NCBI RefSeq assembly: GCF_006345805.1
Contig: NW_021835850.1
Span: forward strand, 1 to 38,510
Direction of reading: 5' to 3'
DNA from: Octopus sinensis
Taxonomy: Eukaryota
DNA: 38,510 nt
Shown here: one piece after another, positions 21,209 through 32,706 of the stretch
How positions within the stretch are numbered: position 1 is the first letter of the stretch
Layout: every line of letters starts with the position of its first letter
Translations under genes and position numbers: made by a program
The notes under the pieces: model-generated
What the model saw: the letters and a program-made list of their open reading frames with translations, nothing else
What the model was told of the DNA's origin: nothing
Databases searched by the model: none

Positions 21209-21252
<44 letters not shown>

Positions 21253-21255
21253 ATC

Positions 21256-21288
<33 letters not shown>

Positions 21289-21291
21289 ATC

Positions 21292-21351
<60 letters not shown>

Positions 21352-21460
21352 ATCACCCTATCTATCTATCTATCTATCTATCTATCACCCTATCTACTTA
21401 CCTATATTTCTATCTATCTATCTATCTATCACCCTATCTACTTACCTATATTTCTATCTA
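21055..21460. repeat. Long compound (TCTA)n/(CCTA)n microsatellite with higher-order duplications
   Basis: Visible directly. It is the source of ORFs 20951..21520 and 21021..21494. Confidence 0.95.
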
Positions 21461-22191
21461 TTTCCATTGTCATGGAACCTCACCCAAAAAGTAAACGCGA
21501 TGTTCTCTTCTTCTAATTAACCCCAACCCGCCAAAAGTCATCTGTTTTAATAGAAATGAACAAGCTGTTTGTATATTCTCGAAATTCTACTTTACGAGTT
21601 CGAGAAACAAACGAAAGCGTTAATAATAATGAAGAAATAAAAAGATTGTTTTTCCAAAAGTCTGACGACTTTTTTTCGCAATGTTCAATTTCTGTACACA
21701 ACACCCAACACTCTATACACATATATAAACATACACACACACACAATCATATATAAGTATATATGTATCCCAATATATATGTAAAGTGTATACACACTCA
21801 CGCATGCACACGCATATTCTCGTTATACATTATTAATTTTTGTTAAATTTATTTTAAATACCATATTAATCTATGCTTATTAGTATTTTAAGTTACTTTC
21901 ATGTTATCAACGTTTTATCTCACTTTACTATTAATAAGAAATATTCTAGAAGGCAAGTTATGCCTAGTAGAAATTTAACTCGTTGTGTCTACCTTCTCTC
22001 AAGATCTATATTTGCTTGTTTAGCACATTACTAGCTTATTGACCCGATTTTATTCGGGTCTGTTCTCGAATCGCCACATATTAAAAAAAATGAAACGTGT
22101 TTAAAAATAATGGAAAGTTTATTAAAGTATAGATTGAAAAAAGGCAAGTATGCAAATGGATAATACAGTCTCTCAAAAAGCGATTACTCAC

Positions 22192-22615
22192 ATGCAACTC
22201 AATTTCGCAGAATCAGTGTCGCGACGTGAACGCATAAGTCGGGAGTTTGACTGGCAGAAGTAATCAGGCTGCACATGCCAGTCCTTTTGACACCACCACC
22301 CACTCCCATTTTCAAAACTGAATGGTTTTGAAAAATGGGAATGGAAAAATTTAATGGGAGACTTACGCGGGCTAACGGGAGGGTGGCGCGTAGACAATCG
22401 GTGTTCAATAAAAAGAGAGAGTTGTGCAGCGTTGAGAGGACGGCGTGTGATTTTAAGGTGACCGTGACCGAAAAAGGAAAAAATTGTTAAATACGGATGA
22501 ACAGTCTTCATCAAAATAAAACACGTAGCTTACTGTTGCATTTGAAATGACGCAACCATTGAAGAAGCGATGTAGACGGCATGACATGATGGCGGCCACT
22601 AACGATATTAAAACA
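22192..22615. promoter_or_regulatory. Candidate CpG-rich bidirectional promoter / first-exon region
   Basis: Non-repetitive and visibly CpG-rich. A minus-strand donor GTGAGT appears as TTACTCAC at 22184-22191. On the plus strand ATGATGGCGGCC (YY1-like ATGGCGGC) at 22586 is followed by donor GTATGA at 22616. Confidence 0.4.
22586..22615 (+). CDS. Putative first coding exon (MMAATNDIKT, phase 0), product unknown
   Basis: ATG in an ATGGCGGC context, 10 codons, then GTATGA. No downstream exon could be tied to it. Confidence 0.25.
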
Positions 22616-23178
22616 GTATGAAAAATAGTTCCTTAAGTTAATAAGATTAACAACTAACAAAAACGTATAGGTTTACATAGGATGAAGTGTTAACCAAAAA
22701 GTGAAAAGATAATAAAATAAAGAAATATAGCTCATTGAAAAATTAATATTCAAAGAAGTAGTAAACTATTGCAATTTTTTCAAGAAATCGAGAGGCATTT
22801 ATTTCTATGACCGCTGAGTAGCAATAGAATAAAAGTAATTCTGCTTTAGTAATGGACCAATCTGTCCATGGAAGTAAAGATAAAGTAAAAATGTAATAGC
22901 ATTGTATTGTGTGATACTGCTGACGCGTCATTAATTAAAAAAAATATATGAGCCTTCTCGGCGAAACACGAAAAAATCAGGCCTATCGTCTCGTGCCATT
23001 AAATCGAGAAAATAAAATGAAAAATAACCGTAAACTTGATTATTTTTGTACTTATCAGCGGAATTTTAGAACGAATTAAAATCCCCAAAATATTTCTCAT
23101 CAAAACCTACAGGGTGGTATAACTTTTATGCAGAACAAATCAAAGATGCAAGCAGCGAAAAATCAAACGGTAAAACGA

Positions 23179-23547
23179 CTAGAAATGTAACTTTTCTTCA
23201 CTTCATAAAATCTTTTCACTTAAACAACAATTTTCACAAAAAATTGACGAACTATTAAACAGAGGAGCCTGTAGATTATGCTAGTATGGTTTTTATTAAA
23301 ATAGCCCAAAAACCGCGACCTCCACAACTTGCAGAATCGATCGAAAATGGGTTTTCTTGCCCAAGTAACCACAGTTTTTGAGATGGAAATTTCTAACCTA
23401 ATCCAGTTGTTTCCTCGCCTCATTTTACATGTCTCTGTAAATTTTCACAGCAATCCGAGCACGCATGTTGCCATTGAACCCTGCATAACCACTAAATGAG
23501 ACACGCAAACATACAACTTTCGGCCATTCCACTTTTATATATAGAGA
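23179..23547 (-). mobile_element. Probable non-autonomous Helitron
   Basis: Minus strand starts A|TCTCTATATATAAAAG at 23547. A possible CTAG|T end lies at 23179 but lacks a clear hairpin. Confidence 0.5.
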
Positions 23548-24789
23548 TTATGTAACGTAAAAATATTTCTCTATGTCTAGGTTTTCTGTGCCGTTCATCA
23601 TTTTGAGGTCGATAAAAAGTGTTGTACTAGCTACGATTGAAAGTCCGTGAATAAATGATTCATCTGTTGGACTCACAATTGTAAAGACAAGAGTTCTATA
23701 ACTGGAACGGGTGAGACATCGAGTCCTTCGGCAATTTTGTAGCAAAAAAGGAGTTGCGTGAGTGTCAGAGTGGCACCTTCAGAGTATTAGGTCTAAATTT
23801 TGAAAATGCAATATTTTACTACGACACCTTGGTTGATGACCAATGAAATTCTGATCTATTTTACTTTCCCCAAGAAATCTGTATGTTTCTCTTTGTTGTC
23901 AATTTAATGGCGAGAATTACAGGGGAAGACGGTATTGTGTCACAGTGTGGGACAGCAACACAACGTATACGGTGACAGCACTGCAGTTTTGATGACTGTT
24001 TCATTGTATTGTTGTACCGAGTTCGATTTTAATTGCAAATAATTACCAGAAAAGCAAATTCTCTCTTACTTGCGTTATGTATACATCGTTAATTTGGTGT
24101 ATAGTTCATTTCTGGATATAAATACATTTGATCGGGGCAAAGAAAATTAAGAACCTTGTTCACTTGATGTCGTCGATTGAGTTGTGTGACACCTTTCCCT
24201 GGCAACAGTTTCGTATTCCAACGAGAAAATTTGAGCATTTTATTTTTTTTAAATTATTTGGAGACGAAACGTTTGACTCGAGAAATACATGCTGTTCTTA
24301 CTCGGAATGTGACATAGTTGAATATAATGTCATAGCCTTTTCTATTGTATCAATACCTGAAGGACAAAAAGCAGTTGACATCGATAGGATCTGAAGCAAA
24401 AATCAAAGAAAATCTAGAACATTTACTGTGAGACATTTTGAGAGATGACAATGCGAAGAACGAAGAATTGCAACAAGGTAATGGCAACAAAAGTAAACGA
24501 AGATAATCACATTGCATTACTTTATACAGGTTGCTTTCAATCCTATAATATTTCAGGATAAATCCCTTTTCAAATACCAGAAGCAAAATTAATCAAAGAG
24601 AAGTCTAATAGGATTATTGAGCAACATATGGAAGGTGATACAAAATCTTTATCTTGGTTTTCATTCATTGCTTCGCTTTACATATGTTGATTAAATCCTC
24701 AGCTGCTTTGCTCAGCAGATTTGCAGATAGTTATTTCGTTTATACATACTGACATACTGAATTCTTTCAAGCAAATTACTATCCCATTT

Positions 24790-24822
24790 TATATATAATA
24801 TATATACATACACTAATATATA

Positions 24823-24876
<54 letters not shown>

Positions 24877-24938
24877 TACATATATATATATATACATATA
24901 TATATATACATATATGTAGATATATATATCTATATATA

Positions 24939-24980
<42 letters not shown>

Positions 24981-25025
24981 CATGTATATATATATACATA
25001 TATATGTATATATATACATAATACA

Positions 25026-25057
<32 letters not shown>

Positions 25058-25060
25058 CAT
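24790..25060. repeat. (TA)n/(TACA)n microsatellite
   Basis: Visible directly. Confidence 0.95.
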
Positions 25061-25064
25061 ACAT

Positions 25065-25556
25065 TATGGCTGCCCCCTCGTTATCGAGTATGGCCATTGT
25101 ACGAAGCTTAACTGTTACTGGTGCTGTGATCGAATGTGACTTTTTAGCTCAGCTAAAGATCTACACATACATACATACATACATACATACATACATACAT
25201 ACATACATACATACATACATACATACATACATACATAAAAGGGTTAAGATACGGAAACCCGTCGGTCATAATTGACCATAGAATTGCACCAAGAAAGTTA
25301 CTCTCCGAGGTACAAATCCGAGTAATGTTTTTTTTATGGAAGACCAGCAGTCGCCGATGCATACAAGCCTCACCCCTCCACTCTAGCGACGTTATCCAAG
25401 GGAAAGGCGAAGAGGACTGATAAAATAAAATATTGGCATCGGTGACGTCACAACTTATTTCTATGGCTGAGAGAACAGGACCAACATAAAATTAAGTATC
25501 TTGCTAAAGAGCACAACACACAACCCCACGCAAGAATCGAACTCACGACCTCATAA
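25065..25556 (-). mobile_element. Diverged tRNA-derived SINE (family C-like head, different long tail), split by (TACA)n
   Basis: GAATCGAACTCACGACCTCAT is a reversed B-box region. TTAAGTATCTTGCTAAAGAGCACAACAC matches the family C body in reverse. Confidence 0.65.
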
Positions 25557-25620
25557 TTATATGTGTGTGTGTGTGTGTGTGGTGTGTGCGTGTGTATGCG
25601 CGTGTGTGTGTGTTCATTTA

Positions 25621-26028
25621 TTCTTTTTCTTTTACTTGTTTCGGTTATTTGACTGCGGACATGCTGGAACACCTCCATGAAGGGTTTTAGTCAAGCGAAT
25701 CGATCCCGGTACTTATTTCTTTAGGCTAATATTTATTCTATCAGTTACTTTTGCGCAACCGCTAAGTTACGTGGACGTAAATACACCAACACCGGTTGTC
25801 AAGTGGTGATGAGGGAACAAACACAAACACAGACACACACAACCACATACATATATACATGTATATATATATACGACGGGCTTCTTTCAGTTCCGTCTAC
25901 CAAATCTACTAACAAAGCTTTGGTCGGTCCGAGGCTACCGTAGAAGACACATATCCAAGGTGACACGCAGTGGGACTGAACCCGGACCAGTGTAGTTGGG
26001 AAGCAAATTTCTTACTACACAGCCAGGC
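25621..26028 (-). mobile_element. SINE family A, full length, diverged
   Basis: Both halves and the internal microsatellite are present in reverse orientation. Confidence 0.85.
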
Positions 26029-26059
26029 TTGTGTTATGCTGATTCTACTTGTGAATTAG

Positions 26060-26165
26060 GTTAAGAGCACATGTCTGCGGAGTACTCAGCCACTTGACTT
26101 GCTACTTCAAACAGCTATCCTCTTGGCCGAACTATTGGAGCTGATACGCCGTCGTTCATAGGAGA
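26060..26165 (+). mobile_element. Degenerate SINE family C 3' fragment
   Basis: GTTAAGAGCACATGTCTGCGGAGTACTCAGCCACTTG resembles 8405-8445. Confidence 0.55.
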
Positions 26166-26344
26166 TTGCATCACACACCACACACACCACACACCACACA
26201 TATATATATATATATATAAAACTTTTCTTCTAATTTTTCTAAATTTAATTATTTAATCGTTACAGTTGAAAAGGTCTCAAAATGACCGAAACCGGTACTG
26301 AAATGTTCACTATAAAATTATTTTAGCATTTTATTTTTGACTTG

Positions 26345-26629
<285 letters not shown>

Positions 26630-26860
26630 GTGGAGACGCGTGGCTTAGTGGTTAGGGTGTCAGTATCATGAACGTAAGATTGTGGTTTCGATTCCTGGAG
26701 CGGGCGATGCATCGTGTTCTTGAGCAAAACACTTCATTTCGCGTTGCTCCAGTCCACTCAGCTGGCAAACATGAGTAACGCTGCAGCTGGGGAACACATG
26801 CGCCATAGAAACCGGGAAACCGGGCCCATGAGCCTGGCTAGGCTTTAAAAGGGCACATTT
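26630..26860 (+). mobile_element. tRNA-derived SINE, family C head with a different tail
   Basis: A-box TGGCTTAGTGG and B-box GTTTCGATTCC. Shares sequence with 8201-8517 up to CTCAGCTGGCAAA..ATGAGT, then diverges. Confidence 0.85.
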
Positions 26861-26882
26861 ATGATATATATATATATATATA

Positions 26883-27086
26883 TTGGCACTTGTGTCGGTG
26901 GCACATAAAATCACCCACTACACTCTCGGAGTGGTTGGCGTTAGGAAGGGCATCCAGCTGTAGAAACACTGCCAGATCTGACTGGCCTGGTGCAGCCTTC
27001 GGGCTTGCCAGACCCCAGTTGAACCGTCCAACCCATGCTAGCATGGAAAGCAGACGTTAAACGATGATGATGATGATGATGATGAT
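26883..27086 (+). mobile_element. Retroposon 3' portion ending in (GAT)n tail
   Basis: GGAGTGGTTGGCGTTAGGAAGGGCATCCAGC...AACCCATGCTAGCATGGAAAGCAGACGTTAAAC followed by (GAT)n, a typical SINE/RTE-type 3' end. Confidence 0.75.
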
Positions 27087-27088
27087 AT

Positions 27089-27122
<34 letters not shown>

Positions 27123-27401
27123 GTAAATTATTTAATGGTGGTTGGACTCGAAATACATAAATAAAATTACAGGGAGTATAATATTGGATTTAGAAAATAA
27201 AAAACTTTGACTGAAAAAATGTAGAAAGCTGCTTGTGAGACTGGAACTTACGTCTTTCGTGAATATAACAGGCATAATTCACTTCATATCTCACGAAATT
27301 TCTAAATTCTTATACACATACATACATACATATAAATATACATATATATGTGCATCTAAATATCTATCTATCTGTTTATCTCCCCCTCCTCCTCTCTCTC
27401 A

Positions 27402-27459
<58 letters not shown>

Positions 27460-27461
<2 letters not shown>

Positions 27462-27752
27462 AGGCGCAATGGCCCAGTGGTTAGGGCAGCTGACTCGCGG
27501 TTTCGATTCCCAGACCGGGCGTTGTGAGTGTTTATTGAGCGAAAACACCTAAAAGCTCCACGAGTCTCCGGCAGGGGGTGGTGATCCCTGCTGTACTCTT
27601 TCGCCACAACTTTCTCTCACTCTTTCTTCTGTTGGCCTGCTCGCTTAGCCAGTGGGGTGGCGTCATTCGAAGGCTAAAAACAATGTGAACGCATTGTGAC
27701 CAGCGATGTGTAGCAACATCTGATAGTCTGTTCGGTCACGTGATCACGTGAT
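27460..27752 (+). mobile_element. tRNA-derived SINE, family D
   Basis: GGAGGCGCAATGGCCCAGTGGTTAGG (A-box) and GTTTCGATTCCC (B-box), flanked by microsatellites. Confidence 0.8.
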
Positions 27753-29217
27753 ATATATATATATATATTATATATATATATATATTATATATATATTATA
27801 GGTTATTTCGAGCTCCAGCGTTAAAATAATTCACTTCTTATCACACAAAGTTTCTAAATTTTTATACATACACACACACACACACACAAAATACACACAA
27901 CATACATACATACATACATACATACATACATACATACATACACACACACACATACATACATACATACATACATACATACATACATACATACATACATACA
28001 TACATGCATACATACATACATACATACGAAGTCGTATGTGTGTGTACATGTGTATGCGTGCACACGTATGTGCGTGTATGTCTATGTATGTAGAATAGAG
28101 TCGAATAATTCCCATCTACAATAGAACGATAAATGTGATATTCTGTCAGCTTCTTGCCTACCCAATGCCTTTAAGTGAAGTTAAGTTAATTGCAATGATC
28201 TCAAGTTAGAACGGAAACGGTATTGCTAGCGTTGTTTGTCTGGATTCTATCTTCTATCCTCATACACATCCACTGCGACATAACGTAACAAATAACAAAA
28301 TATACATCTCAAGAAGAATGTTTGTATTACATATATGTAAAGACGACATGTTACCACTAGTTACACCTATAATGAAAAAATAAAAGCGTGGATTATTATT
28401 CCTTACTAAATTCCAATAACACCTTTTGGAAATCAATAAACTGCAACAAGGATGATAAAGTTGGAGCACTTCGATCATCTCACCAATATATATATGTTGA
28501 ACGATGTTTATATGGAAAAGTAGAAAAATGTGTTAGAGGAAAAATCAACAGTAGAGATGCGTATACAAAGGTTTATAAGAGAAGAAATAATTGCTTTTCA
28601 TGTCGTCAGACAAGGAAATGAACAATCAAATATTATCGACAAATGTGTGCTAGCTCATATTATCGACTTGCTAGCAAATAAAGCGTACTAACAACAAATC
28701 TGATATACTGGCAATTTGCCAAACATATGTACCTGTGTCCAATAACGATAACAATGCGTCCTTACATTTGTACAAAGCCACGTAGCCGGGGGTAGAGGGA
28801 AGGAGTAGTAATAGTAGTGTTGATTTAATAGTCCATATTTTGAGTGGTGTGCGGGCGGTGGATTGCTAAGAATAGTTAGAGCTTCGGGCAAAATGCCATG
28901 CAGTCTTTGCTCCGTCTCTTACATTCTGAGTTCATATCTCGCCAAGGTCAACTATTATTTTCATTATTTCGTTGCTGATCAAACAAAATACCGTGTTAAG
29001 AATTGGGGTCGATTCAATCGTCAAACCTCCTTTCTCAAATTTCTGGTCTTGTGTTTCTGCTAGAAATGACTTTTTTTTTTTATCGAATCCAGAATGATGA
29101 CATACAGAATGTATTCCAAAGGGATGTGGACTCAAATCGAAGACGGACATAACTAAATACAACAAAACAGTCTATTCGCCTAACTGTTTACCACCATGAT
29201 GATTGATTGATTGATTG

Positions 29218-29257
29218 ATTCTAGTTTCAGCTCATGAGCTGTGGCCATGCTGGGGCA
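29218..29257 (-). mobile_element. Very short retroposon 3'-end fragment with (AATC)n tail
   Basis: TCTAGTTTCAGCTCATGAGCTGTGGCCATGCTGGGGCA preceded by (TGAT)n; the reverse of the stub at 8801. Confidence 0.7.
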
Positions 29258-29367
29258 TTTTTCACAATGGCGATAAATCAGTGACAATAGAAAGAAAAGT
29301 TACTCAAATGTTGAGAGTAGAGAGAGAGAGACTATGTAAAACAGGCACCAAAAACCACAATTGAGTG

Positions 29368-29398
<31 letters not shown>

Positions 29399-29623
29399 TG
29401 TGTATGTGTGTGCGTGTGTGACTTGGAATGTACAGGGACAGTCACATTGGGTCAAACAGCTGACCTAAAGAAATCGGATAACCCTTACTCCTAAAACATG
29501 TGTCATCTCCAAGCTGTTCTTCAATTTACAAATGAAATAGTGAGTGTAGGCCCATTTACCCAGCCCACTCTAAACAGCTTTTTAACAAAACTACTTCGCT
29601 AACCTTGCTTTCCAACCCAACAG

Positions 29624-29747
29624 AGTGTTGAAGAGGGCTTGACCCAACAGAAAACCGTTTGTTCTGTCCTCTCGACCTTGTCCGAGAGAAACTAGTGGAG
29701 CAATCTTGTTGGACTCAGACGACAACCAGAACTGTTCTGCACTTTCT
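29624..29747 (+). other. Candidate internal exon of an unknown gene
   Basis: CTAAC branch-like motif (29599), TTGCTTTCCAACCCAACAG acceptor and GTGAGT donor (29748). As assembled, all three frames from this acceptor contain a stop. Confidence 0.22.
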
Positions 29748-30274
29748 GTGAGTCTGGTTCGTGTTATTTTATCTTGTCAATGTCTTTGAAATATTGCTCA
29801 GGTAAAAATATGACATCACGATATCAGTGGCTTTAATTGATATTTCACTTTGTTATCGATATTTAATGCTACAAGTTAATTAATATGTTTCACTCTTGAA
29901 AATTATCTTAGCATATCTTTTGTACACAGGACATGATTCATTGTTTATCCTAATGTTTGATGTTATCCCAATAGAAAATATAATAAACTGTCATTAGGTA
30001 GGATGTTAATGATTTTAAATATTATTCTTGTTTTGTGGAATGCATACAATAAAATTATGTACAGTTTGGAAAACGTGCACAAATGGTTGATGTTAACATA
30101 TGTTGAATGAGTATTTCCTAATAGTATTTGCTTCTGTTTTCTTTAATTTGCTTATCTGCCAATGAATGTTATTACTGGTTGTATTCGGTTTCTGCCGTGC
30201 TGTTACTCTCAATGTTTCTAGCACCAAATATAAATTCCCTTCAGCAGGACTATCTATTTTTTTTTGCCCCATAT

Positions 30275-30769
30275 ACTCTTTACTCTTTTACTTGTTTCAG
30301 TCATTTGACTGTGGCCATGCAGGAGCACCGCCTTTAGTCGAGCAAATCGGCCCCAGGACTTATTCTTTGTAAGCCTAGTACTTATTCTATCGGTCTCTTT
30401 TGCCGAACCGCTAAGTTACGGAGACGTAAACACACCAGCATCGGTTGCCAAGCGATGTTGTGGGGACAAACACAGACACAAAACATACACACACACACAC
30501 ACACACACCACACACACACACACACAACCACACACACACACACACACACACACACAATATATATATATATATCTATATATAAATATATCTATATATATAT
30601 ATATACGACGGGTTTCTTTAAGTTTCCGTCTACCAAATCCACTCACAAGGCTTTGGTCGGCCCGAGGCTATAGTAGAAGCCACTTGCCCAAGGTGCTACG
30701 CAGAGGGACTGAACCCGGAACTATGTGGTTGGTAAGCAAGCTACTTACCACACAGCCACTCCTACGCCT
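30275..30769 (-). mobile_element. SINE family A, full length, low divergence
   Basis: Complete head, CORE-like body, internal (TA)/(TG) tract and (GAGTAAAA) tail in reverse orientation. Confidence 0.92.
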
Positions 30770-30823
30770 ATATATAAAATTGGATTTTATATTATGGTTT
30801 ACTAATTTTATTTGTCAGCAACA

Positions 30824-30897
30824 GACTGACTGGCTCAGTCAGTAAAGCACGAGACTCATAACCTCAAAGTTGTGTGTTCGACCACCACGTTGTAGGT
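30824..30897 (+). pseudogene. Degenerate tRNA-Met-like sequence or SINE head
   Basis: TGGCTCAGT A-box, CTCATAA anticodon loop (CAT) and GTTCGA B-box. Acceptor and T stems pair poorly. Confidence 0.5.
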
Positions 30898-31051
30898 ACC
30901 TGCATGGCTGTATCATAAGAAGCTTGTTTCCCAATGGTTTCGGGTTCAGTTAAACTATATGACACCTTGGACAAGAGTCTTCAACTATATCCCTGAGCCG
31001 ACCAAAATCTTGTGAGTGGATTTGATTGACAGAAATTGAAAAAAAACCCGT
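30898..31051 (+). mobile_element. Diverged SINE family A 5' half
   Basis: AAGAAGCTTGTTTCCC...GGGTTCAGT...CACCTTGGACAAGAGTCTTC...GTGAGTGGATTTG. Confidence 0.7.
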
Positions 31052-31341
31052 GTCTATCAGTCCAGCACTTGGCTGCCAGTAAAATAAGCTTTTTTTTTTT
31101 TTAATGAGTACTTGGGTTAAGTTGTTCGACTAAAACACTTCAAGCTGTGCTCCTGTGTGACTGCAGTCCAATGACTGAGAGAAACAAAAAAGGTAAAAGA
31201 TTAAAGATATCAAGTGCTGTAGTAAATATTTCTACTACTTTCACTTTACAGACAAGAAAGTAAATTTCGAACGCAGTATAACTGTGAAAACAGCAGAAAA
31301 ACATTGAGTATATACCGCTAGAAGACGGTAAAAAGATACCA

Positions 31342-31417
31342 GCAGGCGGTTGCAAAGAATCGAATCCCATACCTCTCAGATTCCGGCTGAGTGCTCTTTA
31401 CCATTGAGCTAAGTGAC
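31342..31417 (-). pseudogene. tRNA-like head (SINE or tRNA pseudogene)
   Basis: Minus strand reads TAGCTCAATGG (A-box), CTCAG-CCGGAAT-CTGAG anticodon arm lacking U33, and ATTCGATTC (B-box-like). Confidence 0.55.
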
Positions 31418-31769
31418 TCCTGACTAAGTGGTCTTTCCAGAAATTTCAAGGAGTTTCTGCTTAAACATCCTAACAGTATTTGGGTGAGAGGGTCGAAATG
31501 GCTAGAAAACAGCATTGGAGGAGATGCGCATTTACCCATAAACCGTTTCTTCTCACAATATTTAAAACAAAGAATCACAAAGGTTACCTTCAAGGGAGAT
31601 GCATGGCAACGTCGATCACTTGTCCGTGTTAACTTTCCTTGTACAATATAGACAAATAGTCAGTAGCGACGAACCTTCCACCGAAGGGCTTTCTGCTCCC
31701 AGCAAAGAGTGGACAATAAGGGCTCCACAGCTACGGATATTATCTCTCGAAAGAGCTGTTCGTCACCCC

Positions 31770-32055
31770 TGCTCCAGAGCGTCGGCTGCGGGATCACTCC
31801 GAAAAGCTCTATCTGCGACGATTTCATCTCAATCGAAGGAGAGGGGCTTTCTCCATCCGGGTTGCGGATCCGTGGAATAAGCTGCCGGACGAGATAGTGA
31901 AGATGCCGACGATTGCTCGGTTCAAAGTCTCTCTTGACCAGAAATGGCCTGAACTCTTTGCATGAACACCCTCCCTGTACATAACTCCATGTCCCCCTAC
32001 ATGGCCTTGCTTTTTGCTGTTTGAGCCAAAAAAATTAACTAACTAACTAACTAAC
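31770..32055 (+). mobile_element. CR1-type LINE 3' end with (TAAC)n tail
   Basis: Open frame ELF...RLRDHSEKL...RRGAFSIRVADPWNKLPDEIV...FKVSLD...*, then a short UTR and (TAAC)n. Both tail and sequence differ from the CR1 at 2548. Confidence 0.85.
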
Positions 32056-32487
32056 AACAGCAATAGTCTGACAGCACCACAATAGTAGAAGCTACTATAG
32101 TGATTACTGCAAAAATAAAAGCCGCAAAATCAACAGCAACAACAGAAATAACTGCAGCATCACCAAGAACAACAGTGGTCGTAGCAATATAAAATCTCAA
32201 GGTGAACTACAAACACTGCGTAAAAGATATGATTGCAGGCATTCATGCAATCATATCTGGAAAACACACAGCCAAAACAGACAACAGCGTAAACAACAGT
32301 ACAAGCAAGTACCCTTGTTTCGGTGGAACGTCCGGGATGTGGCAGCTAGAGGAAAAGTGAAAGAGAAAGAGAGGTGCATGGCAGTTGGCTGGTTTCCATT
32401 ATATGCTGAGTATACCGGAATTATGTAGTGTTTGGCTTAAGGACAAAACACGACTTCTGTAATAACCATGAACTAATCACTAGAGTC

Positions 32488-32706
32488 TAGAGCTTTTCAA
32501 ACTTTTTACTGGAGCGGAACCCCAAGGAAACATTCCACTGGCTCGAGGAACCCCTGTGCAATAATTTAATAGTTTTATGCACACATATCTGCACGGGAGA
32601 ATTAAAAATTACTGCCGATTTTAGCAGTTTTGTAACTTCTTGCGGAACCACTGGACTGTACTGGCGGAACCCTAAGGTTCCGCGGAACCCTGGTTGAAAA
32701 CCACTG
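32488..32706. mobile_element. hAT-type MITE
   Basis: Ends are ...GCTTTTCAAAC and GTTGAAAACCACTG (left TIR eroded). CGGAACCC-like subterminal motifs are repeated, and CTAGA occurs on both flanks as in Charlie-type TCTAGA targets. Confidence 0.72.

Noticed and set aside
20951-21520. 189-aa and 157-aa ORFs (YLSI repeats)
   Set aside because: They are read-throughs of (TCTA)n, which lacks stops in some frames.
22944-22970. ATATGA-GCC-TTCTC-GGC-GAAAC hammerhead-like motif
   Set aside because: Stem II and GAAA fit, but CUG is missing and there is no stem III, NUH site or stem I.
23581-23640. Second exon for the 22586 ATG after TTTCTCTATGTCTAG (VFCAVHHFEVDKK...)
   Set aside because: The frame stops at codon 20, nearby donors are weak, and there is no recognisable homology.
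24128-24394. 88-aa ORF as a piggyBac remnant (RKFE, VDID)
   Set aside because: Only two short, weak motif resemblances and no supporting downstream motifs or TTAA/TIR.
28260-28621. Possible hAT transposase remnant
   Set aside because: The resemblance to RWNST-type motifs needs several assumed changes and cannot be supported by eye.
30824-31417. Functional tRNA genes at 30824-30897 and 31342-31417
   Set aside because: Acceptor and T stems pair poorly and one lacks U33. They are kept only as tRNA-derived pseudo or SINE heads.
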